Shown: piece after piece, positions 56,273-64,000 of the stretch | Position numbering within the stretch: position 1 is the stretch's first letter | Layout: every line of letters starts with the position of its first letter | Source of the DNA: an uncultured Candidatus Saccharibacteria bacterium | GTDB lineage: Bacteria; Patescibacteriota; Minisyncoccia; Portnoybacterales; UBA2143 | Direction of reading: 5' to 3' | NCBI GenBank assembly: GCA_964556655.1 | Contig: CAZKWY010000001.1 | Coordinates: 7,528 to 71,527 of the forward strand | DNA length: 64,000 bases | Translations under genes and position numbers: made by a program | The notes under the pieces: model-generated | Seen by the model: the letters and a program-made list of their open reading frames with translations, nothing else | What the model was told of the DNA's origin: nothing | The model's database searches: none

Positions 56273-56294
56273 TTCATACGTCCCTCTTTAATAT

Positions 56295-58001
56295 TTAAAG
56301 AGGGGTTATTTTTTCAGCGGCTATTTGATAAGAGCCAACCTCTCTTTCTATTTCTTCTAAGCTGGTGATGCCTTCGCTAGCCTTAAGAAGGGCGTCTTGA
56401 ATCATGAGGATCATTCCTTCTCGACGGGCCGTCCCTTGGATTTGGGAGGCAGAGGCTTTATCAATGATTAACTGTCCAATTTTGTGGCTTACTGCTAAAA
56501 ACTCAAAAACGCCAACTCTTCCTTGGTAGCCAAGGCCGTGGCAAGAAGAACAGCCTTGCGGTTGATAGAATTGTCTAGAAGGAGGGATTTTTATGCCGGC
56601 TGAAGAGGGTATGCAAGAAATAACTTTTTCAATAGCCTCCAGGCCTTTTGGCGAAGGCTGGTGTTTCTTTTTGCACTCAGGGCAGAGCTTTCTGACAAGT
56701 CTTTGGGCGATAATAAGGGTAAGCGCTGAAGCTAAAGAATCAGGCCTCGCTCCCATGCCTGTTAAACGAGGGATGGCGCCAGCCGCTTCATTAGTGTGAA
56801 GGGTGGAAAAAACAATATGGCCGGTCAGAGAAAACTGAATGGCGATGTCGGCGCTTTCTTGGTCTCTAATTTCTCCTACCATAAGAATATCCGGGTCCTG
56901 TCTGACAATAGCTCTTAGGGATTGGGCAAAAGTATGGCCGCGACGCTGGCTGATTTGGGTTTGAGTAATGCCTTCCAGTTGATATTCAATAGGATTTTCT
57001 ACAGTGATAATTTTGTTTCCTGGCTGGTTGACGTAATTTAGAAAAGAATAGAGGGTAGTTGTTTTCCCGGAGCCTGTAGGGCCGGTAGAAAGAATCATTC
57101 CATTGGGTTGGCCAATTTGCTTTTCTACCAAGGGGAGAAGCTCTTTTTTAATGCCAAGGTCGCGCAAAGAGGGTTTTACTTGTCCTATTCCCAAAAGACG
57201 CATGACAATTGTTTCTCCGTGGTTACTGGGCAAAAGAGAGACTCTTACATCTATTTCTTGCTTGATTCTGCTTGATGATTTGATGTGAATAGAAAAACGT
57301 CCGTCTTGGCTGATGTCACGGACGTTTAAAAGCATATCGGAAAGCGTTTTAATTCTGGAAAGAATAAAAAGATAATCTTTATTAGGCATATCGGCCGCTT
57401 TTTGAAGGATCCCATCAACGCGATAGCGTAATCTTGTCTTGTTTTTTTCCGGCTCTAAATGAATATCCGAAGCTTTCATCTTGAGGGCGCCTGCGATAAT
57501 AGCCGAAAGAAGTTTTGTCGTAGAAAGATGGCGGATAGTTTTTTCTAATTCTTGGATAGTAGCCAGAGATTTTTCAAGCTGGGACAATTCTTCTTTGGGG
57601 ATATTAAAAACGCCGCGGAGGGGCGCTTTTTTAGATAGAGAAGCGCTAGACTGGTAAGCAGGCCATCTTTTTTTAAGGCCGCTTAAGGAAACGACAAAAA
57701 TTTGGCACTGGAAGCCTTTGGCTTGAAGATGTTCAATAATTTTTTGGGCTTTTTTATTTTGGGGATCTGCGGCAGCAATTATTATTTTGGGGCCGCTTTT
57801 ATCAATAACAAGAACTTTTGCTTGTTTTGCTTGCTCTTCAGGAATAGTGGCCATGTCCTCCGCGTCTATTGGGGCAAGAGACAAATCAAGATAGGGCAAA
57901 TCTAATTTTTGGGCTAGCTGTTTGGCCCTGGTCTCTTCTTCTTGTTTTTTGATTTGAGCCAGTTTTTCCTCTAGTTGTTTTTTGCTCTTGAGCTCGGACA
58001 T
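56295..58001 (-). CDS. Second GspE/PulE/PilB family ATPase
   Basis: ASDIHLEP, GPTGSGKTTT, RQDPD, CxxC..CxxC. Confidence 0.92.
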   Translation of the reverse strand: MSELKSKKQLEEKLAQIKKQEEETRAKQLAQKLDLPYLDLSLAPIDAEDMATIPEEQAKQAKVLVIDKSGPKIIIAAADPQNKKAQKIIEHLQAKGFQCQIFVVSLSGLKKRWPAYQSSASLSKKAPLRGVFNIPKEELSQLEKSLATIQELEKTIRHLSTTKLLSAIIAGALKMKASDIHLEPEKNKTRLRYRVDGILQKAADMPNKDYLFILSRIKTLSDMLLNVRDISQDGRFSIHIKSSSRIKQEIDVRVSLLPSNHGETIVMRLLGIGQVKPSLRDLGIKKELLPLVEKQIGQPNGMILSTGPTGSGKTTTLYSFLNYVNQPGNKIITVENPIEYQLEGITQTQISQRRGHTFAQSLRAIVRQDPDILMVGEIRDQESADIAIQFSLTGHIVFSTLHTNEAAGAIPRLTGMGARPDSLASALTLIIAQRLVRKLCPECKKKHQPSPKGLEAIEKVISCIPSSAGIKIPPSRQFYQPQGCSSCHGLGYQGRVGVFEFLAVSHKIGQLIIDKASASQIQGTARREGMILMIQDALLKASEGITSLEEIEREVGSYQIAAEKITPL

Positions 58002-58120
58002 ATTTTTAAAGCTTCTTTTAAAATAAAATGGCTTTGCTTTTCTTAAAGAAAGTCTAGCTTATTTTTTCCACAGGGTCAAACTGATTGTTTTGGCATTATG
58101 GCTGTAGTATAATAAAAATA

Positions 58121-58597
58121 GTGAAAGCGAACAATTTATTGGAGGTTGTTGTCAAAAGCAAAGAAGAAATGAAGAAAGTAGGCCTTCTTTTAGGGCGGGA
58201 GATTAAGCAGACTATGGCAGAAAGAAAAAAGTCTTTGGTTATCTGCCTAAAAGGCGAATTGGGAAGCGGCAAGACGACTTTTGTTCAAGGACTGGCCCAA
58301 GGATTAGAGGGGAAAGGTAAAATCACCAGCCCTACTTTTGTGATTATGAAAAAAATTCCTGTTTCGGCTGGCTTTTTATATCATTTTGACTGTTATCGCC
58401 TCCATGGCAAAAAAGAAGCGATCGAGTTGGGCTTTGACGAAATTATTTCTTTTCCCAAAAATATTGTTGTCATTGAATGGCCGGAAAAGATTAGAAGCCT
58501 TCTTCCCGCGGGCGTTCTTTGGATAAAATTTGTTCATTTGTCAGAGGGCCAGAGAAAAATTGAAATTGGAACAAAACGATTAAGCAGGGAAAGTTAA
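58121..58597 (+). CDS. tsaE: tRNA t6A biosynthesis ATPase TsaE
   Basis: GELGSGKT, SPTF, HFDCYRL, IEWPE; start uncertain. Confidence 0.92.
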   Translation: MKANNLLEVVVKSKEEMKKVGLLLGREIKQTMAERKKSLVICLKGELGSGKTTFVQGLAQGLEGKGKITSPTFVIMKKIPVSAGFLYHFDCYRLHGKKEAIELGFDEIISFPKNIVVIEWPEKIRSLLPAGVLWIKFVHLSEGQRKIEIGTKRLSRES

Positions 58598-59467
58598 ATG
58601 AAAAAGCAAACGAGCAAAGCAGTTATCCTTGACAGTAATTCTTTGGTCCATCGGGCTTATCATGCTCTGCCGCCTTTAAAGACGCCGCGAGGATGTTTGG
58701 TCAATGTTGTTTATGGTTTTATTTCAATATTTTTCAAAATTATTAATGACACCGCGCCTGCTTATGTGGCGGCGGCCTTTGACTTAGAGGGCCCGACCTT
58801 TAGGGATGAAATTTACCATGAGTATAAGGCTAAGAGGGTTAGGCCGTCACAGGAAATGTATGATCAAATTCCTCTGATAAAGGAATTTCTCGATTGTCTT
58901 TCCGTGGCTATTTACGAAAAAAAAGGCTTTGAGGCAGACGATATTATTGGGACAATTGTAGAAAAAAATTCATCCAGGCCTCTTACTAATATTATTATTA
59001 CTGGTGATTTAGATACTCTTCAATTGGTTAACAGCAAAACAAGAGTTTATTTAAGCCAAGGAGGGGGAAGGGTTAAAATTTATGATTTTTCTTCGGTCAA
59101 AGAACGTTATGGATTCGCGCCTTGTTATCTGCCTGATTTTAGAGGGCTGAGGGGAGATCCTTCTGACAATATTAGCGGAGTGCCGGGGATAGGAGAAAAA
59201 ACAGCCCAAAGTCTTATTGTTGAGTTTGGCCGGCTGGAAAAGCTATATCAAGAAATAGAGAAAAGCTCTCTAGACCAAAAAATTAAATCTCGCTTGCTTG
59301 AATATAAAGGAGAAGCTTTTTTAAGCAAGCGCTTGTCAGAGATCAAAAGAGACGCGCCCATTCCTTATTCTTTAAGGGAATGCCAATGGGGCGGATATGA
59401 TCGCAAAAAAGCAAATGATTTTCTTGAGGGGTTGGGTTTTAAATCCTTAGTTGGGCGTCTGCCTTAA
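58598..59467 (+). CDS. Stand-alone 5'-3' exonuclease (PolA N-terminal/FEN)
   Basis: HRAYHA, YKAKR, FEADD, TGDLD, GDPSDNISGVPGIGEKTA. Confidence 0.92.
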   Translation: MKKQTSKAVILDSNSLVHRAYHALPPLKTPRGCLVNVVYGFISIFFKIINDTAPAYVAAAFDLEGPTFRDEIYHEYKAKRVRPSQEMYDQIPLIKEFLDCLSVAIYEKKGFEADDIIGTIVEKNSSRPLTNIIITGDLDTLQLVNSKTRVYLSQGGGRVKIYDFSSVKERYGFAPCYLPDFRGLRGDPSDNISGVPGIGEKTAQSLIVEFGRLEKLYQEIEKSSLDQKIKSRLLEYKGEAFLSKRLSEIKRDAPIPYSLRECQWGGYDRKKANDFLEGLGFKSLVGRLP

Positions 59468-59485
59468 TAATAAATAAATTTTAAG

Positions 59486-60418
59486 ATGGAGCTAAAAAAA
59501 ATCATCAAAGAGAAAATTCTTCTTTTAGGGCCGGAGTATGAATTTGAGGGTGCTGATCTCTATTGCGATCTAAAAAAGAAGATTGCCGAAAACAATCGTA
59601 TTAGATATGTTATTGTAATTATTTTTATTATCAATCCTTTTTTGATGAGATTTCTCTTTGGGGTGGCAATCCCTTACATGGCTTCTTTCCTGGCTGGCAT
59701 TATTTTGATTTATACTTATTTTTCTCAAGTGGTCGTTAACAAAAATATTTTTAAGACTGCTAGCAGTTTAAGTAATTTTTATTTGTTCTTTTTAATCATT
59801 TTAGACCTAATTATTTTCTTGCCGTTTGCTTTTCATTATATGAGCGGACTTAATTGGATTCATCTAATGATTTACTGCTATTTTATTGTTTACGGCTACT
59901 TGGTTTTTCCCAAGTATTGGCAGGCGGGTCTTTTGACGGTGGCAGTAGTTGTTTCGGCAGTAGAAACAGGTCTCTTGGACTATCTTAGGATATTGGAGCC
60001 GGTTCAAATCTTTCCTGAACTAATGAACAATCCCCAGCTTCATAAAGGATTTTTTCTGGCGACTTCAGTAACTTTTTTTATCATTTTATATTTTATTGCT
60101 TATTGGAGCTATTCTTTCGCCCGTTATCTCAAAGATGAAAAAGAAGAACTAAGAGAAGCCAAGACAAAATTAGAAAAGATAAAGAGCGGTTTAGAGGAAG
60201 AGGTGGGGCAGAGAACTATGGCTTTGCAAAAAGAAAAAGAACTTCTTGACAAAAGAGTTAGAGAAAGGACTGAAGAGCTCCAAGAAAAGGTCAATGATTT
60301 AGAGAGATTTCATCGCTTAACAGTTGGAAGGGAGTTAAGGATGATTGAACTTAAAAAGAAAGTCGAACAATTTGATAAAAAGAAAAAAGAGAAAAATAAA
60401 AAAAATAAATCGAGCTAA
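59486..60418 (+). CDS. Polytopic membrane protein with C-terminal signalling coiled coil
   Basis: About 6 TM helices then VRERTEEL..VGRELRMIELK. Confidence 0.75.
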   Translation: MELKKIIKEKILLLGPEYEFEGADLYCDLKKKIAENNRIRYVIVIIFIINPFLMRFLFGVAIPYMASFLAGIILIYTYFSQVVVNKNIFKTASSLSNFYLFFLIILDLIIFLPFAFHYMSGLNWIHLMIYCYFIVYGYLVFPKYWQAGLLTVAVVVSAVETGLLDYLRILEPVQIFPELMNNPQLHKGFFLATSVTFFIILYFIAYWSYSFARYLKDEKEELREAKTKLEKIKSGLEEEVGQRTMALQKEKELLDKRVRERTEELQEKVNDLERFHRLTVGRELRMIELKKKVEQFDKKKKEKNKKNKSS

Positions 60419-60439
60419 TAAGGCCGTCATTTTGGTCTT

Positions 60440-61618
60440 ATGGTTTTTAAGCAGATGAAAGTAGGCATTGTTGGGAGCGGAGTGGCCGGTTTAACTTGCG
60501 CTTACCGGCTTTCCCAAAAGAAAATAGAAACTATCAACATAGAAAGAGAGCCTTTTATCGGCGGTCGGCTCTTTTATAATATTGGAGCTATTACTGGCGA
60601 GGATGTTTACCCAAGGACGCACAGTCTCATTAAGGACCTAGGCATAGAAGTCTTAGTGACGCCCCTCGCTCCGTCTGAGCTGGCGGTAGTAGGCGGCAAA
60701 AAAGTGATAGGAGCTGAAACGGCTCCGGAAATGCTAAAACAACTTTCCAAAGAAGATCTTGATTATTACCAGGAATTTATGAAAACTTTAGCCACCCTTG
60801 ACTTTGATGGCGGGACTGGCGAGATAGAAAAATTAAGAGACATCTCTTTAGAGGAGTATTTAAAGGACTGTCCTGATTCTATCAAGCATTTCTTTGTTAG
60901 CGCTATTATGAACTTTGTTTTTGAAAGCGATTACAGCAAGATGGCGGCTGATTACGGACTTTTTGTCTTAAAGCATGGTTTTGATGTTTTTGCCGGCAAG
61001 GGATATATCTTTGAAGAAAGCTTAATCCCTCTAGGCAATGTTTTAGAAGAAAAAGTTAGGCAAGCAGGTGGAAAAATTGAAAACGACTCATTAGTAGAAG
61101 AGATTACGGAAGAAGGAGGAGAATTTAGGATAAAATATGACCAGAAAAAGAAAGAAAAAGATATCGTTGTAGATAGAATTGTTCTGACGACGCCCCTTCC
61201 TGTTGCCAAAAAAATATTCCCTGCCTTAGAAATAACTAGCGATATTTTTTATAAGGACATTAAATGCTTTTTAGTTAAGGGAGAGCTCAAAGAAAATAGA
61301 AAACTTTTTGTCGGTGTTAGAGAACAGGATGTGAGCAATATGGATATTATCTCCACGGGCCTTCCTTTTGAGCATTTAGTGATTCCTTTTGATCCGGGGA
61401 AAGAGATAGATTTTGACGTTTGGTATAATAGTTATTCTGTGATAGACGAAAAAATAGTGCCTAACGGAATGTCTGTCCGCCCTCCAAAGGCGCGAATGCC
61501 AGAGCTAACCACTAATATTAAGGGGGCTTATTTGTGCGGAGATTTTTATCATTACCCGATGATTGAGGCTTCTGTTAATTCAGCTAACCAAGTAGTTGAA
61601 ATGATCAGCAGTTATTAA
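60440..61618 (+). CDS. FAD-dependent oxidoreductase (amine oxidase/HemY-like)
   Basis: IVGSGVAGL..ER..IGGR, YLCGD..IEASVNSA. Confidence 0.8.
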   Translation: MVFKQMKVGIVGSGVAGLTCAYRLSQKKIETINIEREPFIGGRLFYNIGAITGEDVYPRTHSLIKDLGIEVLVTPLAPSELAVVGGKKVIGAETAPEMLKQLSKEDLDYYQEFMKTLATLDFDGGTGEIEKLRDISLEEYLKDCPDSIKHFFVSAIMNFVFESDYSKMAADYGLFVLKHGFDVFAGKGYIFEESLIPLGNVLEEKVRQAGGKIENDSLVEEITEEGGEFRIKYDQKKKEKDIVVDRIVLTTPLPVAKKIFPALEITSDIFYKDIKCFLVKGELKENRKLFVGVREQDVSNMDIISTGLPFEHLVIPFDPGKEIDFDVWYNSYSVIDEKIVPNGMSVRPPKARMPELTTNIKGAYLCGDFYHYPMIEASVNSANQVVEMISSY

Positions 61619-61631
61619 AAATAAAAAATTT

Positions 61632-62231
61632 ATGATTAATGCAGAAGAAGTGGAAAAATTAATGGCTCTGGAAGGGAGATGCCGAGGGGCGGTTTTTCAG
61701 ACTGATGGGCAGTATATTATTAACCAAAAAGGCAGGGCCGGGATGGAGAAAATTAAGGAGCTGGGCAAAAAAATCGGCCAACCTATTCCCTACGGGAAAG
61801 AGGTTCAAGCTACTAGATGGTATCCTTTGGGTTGGCGTGTCATTTCACTATTGATGGCACAAGAAGTTTTTGGCTGGGGAGAAAGAGATTTGTTCGATAT
61901 GGGCTGCGAGGCGCCCAAAAAGTCATTTATTATCAAAACCATTCTTCGTTATTTTATCTCAATAGAAAAAACTTTTGCTGAAAGCTCTAAATATTGGGAA
62001 AAGCATTATTCTGTTGGCTTTCTAACAGCTCCTGAAATTAGCGAAGAAGAAAAGACGCTTGTTCTTCGTTTGGAAGAATTTAATGTCCATCCTATCCTTT
62101 GCCCTTATTTTAGGGGCTATTTTAAGGGACTGGCCAATTTGGTTATTAGGACCGATAAAATAACCATTAAAGAGACGAAGTGCCCTTTTAAGGAAGGCGG
62201 CTACCACGAATTTGTCATTAAATGGGAGTAA
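61632..62231 (+). CDS. V4R/H-NOX-fold small-ligand-binding protein
   Basis: WYP motif, C..FRGYF, ETKCPFKEGGYHEF. Confidence 0.7.
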   Translation: MINAEEVEKLMALEGRCRGAVFQTDGQYIINQKGRAGMEKIKELGKKIGQPIPYGKEVQATRWYPLGWRVISLLMAQEVFGWGERDLFDMGCEAPKKSFIIKTILRYFISIEKTFAESSKYWEKHYSVGFLTAPEISEEEKTLVLRLEEFNVHPILCPYFRGYFKGLANLVIRTDKITIKETKCPFKEGGYHEFVIKWE

Positions 62232-62244
62232 TTTTTTACTATCA

Positions 62245-63807
62245 ATGGCGGAGGAAGAAAAATATTTACTTGAGCAAACAGAAGAGGATTTAGAAAACCT
62301 CGAAAAATATATCGAAGACTTTTCGATCTTTTTGCCTATGCCTGTTTGTTCGGTCAACCCGGCCGGCAACATTGTGGATGCCAACCAAGCTGCGGTTAAT
62401 CTTACTGGCTACTCTGATATAGAGCTAATCGGTCAAAAAATAGAGTCTATTTTTAAAGATCAGGAAAGCGTCCGCCATTTATTTAATGATGTCTTAGAAA
62501 GGGGCGTAGTTAGAAAGAAAGAATTTATTCTTCTTTCTAAAAAAAGAAACAATATTCCTGTTAGTGTTTCGGCGGCGGCTAGAAAAGACAGCGTGGGCGA
62601 TGTTATCGGAGTCTTTTGGGCTATGTCAGATATTACTGAAGCCAAGAAATGCCAAATAGGGCTGGAAGAAGAAGTCTCTGAAAGGATGCAGGAATTAGAA
62701 AGAACCAGAAGAGCTTTGCTCAATATGCTAGAAGACGCTGAAGGCTCAAGAAGGCTTTTAGAAGAGGAGAAAAATAAAACCAGAGCGACTTTGATAAGCT
62801 TGACTGACGGATTGATTGTTTTTGACAACAAGGAAAGAATTAGCTTAGTTAATCCTCAGGCAGAGCAGATTCTAGGAGTTAAAGAAAGCGAAGTTTTAGG
62901 CAAAAGGATTTCCCAGGCTAGAAAATTTGGGGAAATAAATAAGCTTTACCAGTTATTAGGAGGAGAAATTGCTTGGACTGGGCAAAGATACGAGCTTTTT
63001 CTAAAGGAACCTCTTAAAAGATATTTTCAGGTTTCTATTACTCCTGCTACTGCCGGAGGAGAGATTTTTGGCATGATGGTCGTCCTTCATGATATTACCA
63101 GAGAAAAAGAAATTGATCGCTTAAGAAACGAATTTGTTTCTATTGCCGCTCATCAGCTAAGAACGCCTCTTTCCGCTATCAAGTGGATTTTAAAGATTCT
63201 TCTAGACGGAGACGCGGGAGAGCTGAATAAAGAGCAAAACTCTCTTTTGCGAAAAGGGTATCAAAGCAATGAAAGGATGATCTCCTTAATTAACGATCTT
63301 TTGAATGTGGCTCGGATCGAAGAGGGGAGGTTTGTTTACGAACCGTCTTTTTGCTCCATAGAAAAAATTGTTAAAGAAAGAGTAGAGGGGTTAAAAGAGC
63401 TAGCGGAAAAGAAAGGCGTTAATCTTTCTTTCGATATGCCGGACAAGCCCTTGCCGCGGATTAAAGTAGATAAAGAAAAAATTGATCTAGTAGTGCAGAA
63501 CTTTCTGGACAATGCTGTTAGCTTTACCTCCTTTGGCGGGAGGGTGACAGCGTCAATAAAGCGTGATAATATGGTAATAAGATTTGCTGTTGAAGATACG
63601 GGAATAGGCATCCCAGAATCAGAACAAAACCGTATTTTCAAAAAGTTTTTCAGAGCGGAAAGCGCTATGCGTTCAGAATCAGAAGGAACCGGCTTAGGCT
63701 TATTTATCAGCAAAAATATTATTAAGGCTCATGGCGGAGAAATTGGTTTTGAGAGCGAGGAAAGAAAAGGAAGCACTTTTTGGTTTGAGTTGCCTATTAA
63801 AACATAG
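62245..63807 (+). CDS. Cytoplasmic double-PAS histidine kinase
   Basis: Two PAS domains (DITE, DITR), AAHQLRTPL, DTGIGI, GTGLGL. Confidence 0.92.
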   Translation: MAEEEKYLLEQTEEDLENLEKYIEDFSIFLPMPVCSVNPAGNIVDANQAAVNLTGYSDIELIGQKIESIFKDQESVRHLFNDVLERGVVRKKEFILLSKKRNNIPVSVSAAARKDSVGDVIGVFWAMSDITEAKKCQIGLEEEVSERMQELERTRRALLNMLEDAEGSRRLLEEEKNKTRATLISLTDGLIVFDNKERISLVNPQAEQILGVKESEVLGKRISQARKFGEINKLYQLLGGEIAWTGQRYELFLKEPLKRYFQVSITPATAGGEIFGMMVVLHDITREKEIDRLRNEFVSIAAHQLRTPLSAIKWILKILLDGDAGELNKEQNSLLRKGYQSNERMISLINDLLNVARIEEGRFVYEPSFCSIEKIVKERVEGLKELAEKKGVNLSFDMPDKPLPRIKVDKEKIDLVVQNFLDNAVSFTSFGGRVTASIKRDNMVIRFAVEDTGIGIPESEQNRIFKKFFRAESAMRSESEGTGLGLFISKNIIKAHGGEIGFESEERKGSTFWFELPIKT

Positions 63808-63879
63808 AAGGCACTTCTACGGTTTGCCCGCAAGAAGCGCTAGCCTCTTCTTGCGTTGCATTCTGGGTGCTATATAATA

Positions 63880-64000
63880 ATGAAAAAGATACTCATTATT
63901 GAAGATGAAGAGGTCTTGCTTAATCTCATTGAGGCGAAGCTAAGAAAAGAAGGCTACAAAGTAGCAATAGCCAAAGACGGAGTAGAGGGGCTTAAAATGG
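63880..64000 (+). CDS. Response regulator (partial)
   Basis: MKKILIIEDEEVLL..GYKVAIAKDGVEGL. Confidence 0.88.
   Translation, partial: MKKILIIEDEEVLLNLIEAKLRKEGYKVAIAKDGVEGLKM

Noticed and set aside
60863-60874. AAGGACTGTCCT inside the FAD oxidoreductase (and GACTGTCCT near 17105)
   Set aside because: Single core without linkers or partner arms; may be chance coding sequence
1-64000. Alternative genetic code (TGA=Gly, as in Gracilibacteria/SR1)
   Set aside because: Conserved genes are full length under code 11 and several end naturally at TGA (e.g. 9126, 40210, 40703)

Overview
Core chromosomal segment of a small-genome bacterium. Gene content points to Patescibacteria/CPR (Parcubacteria-like); this taxonomic call is inference. 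Translation table 11 fits. The window spans the likely replication origin (jag-yidC-rnpA-rpmH <> dnaA-dnaN). It carries pnp/NYN/rpsO, six tRNAs, cca, nusA, rny-ymdB-HU, a type IV pilus cluster, uvrD-rsmA, a VirB6/PrgI/VirB4 T4SS-like cluster, polysaccharide genes, a class A PBP, an ATP-grasp ligase cluster, ruvB-yebC-ruvC and a PAS/V4R signalling cluster. The main signals beyond the gene list are four. (1) A palindromic repeat family built on AAGGAC(A/T)GTCCTT supplies stop codons and has inserted in-frame (84 nt) into rsmA. (2) Next to a frameshifted TrmB-like regulator lies a compact divergent unit with twin palindromic operators, a ~110-nt structured sRNA with an anti-Shine-Dalgarno loop, and a 28-codon sORF. 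(3) Several promoter-driven structured RNAs occur: a 6S-like rod, pnp and rpsO leaders, and a ~220-nt leader in a tRNA-Lys islet. (4) A 7TM / ligase-protease / ATP-grasp module may tag peptides. All calls are from reading the sequence by eye; no searches or folding programs were run.
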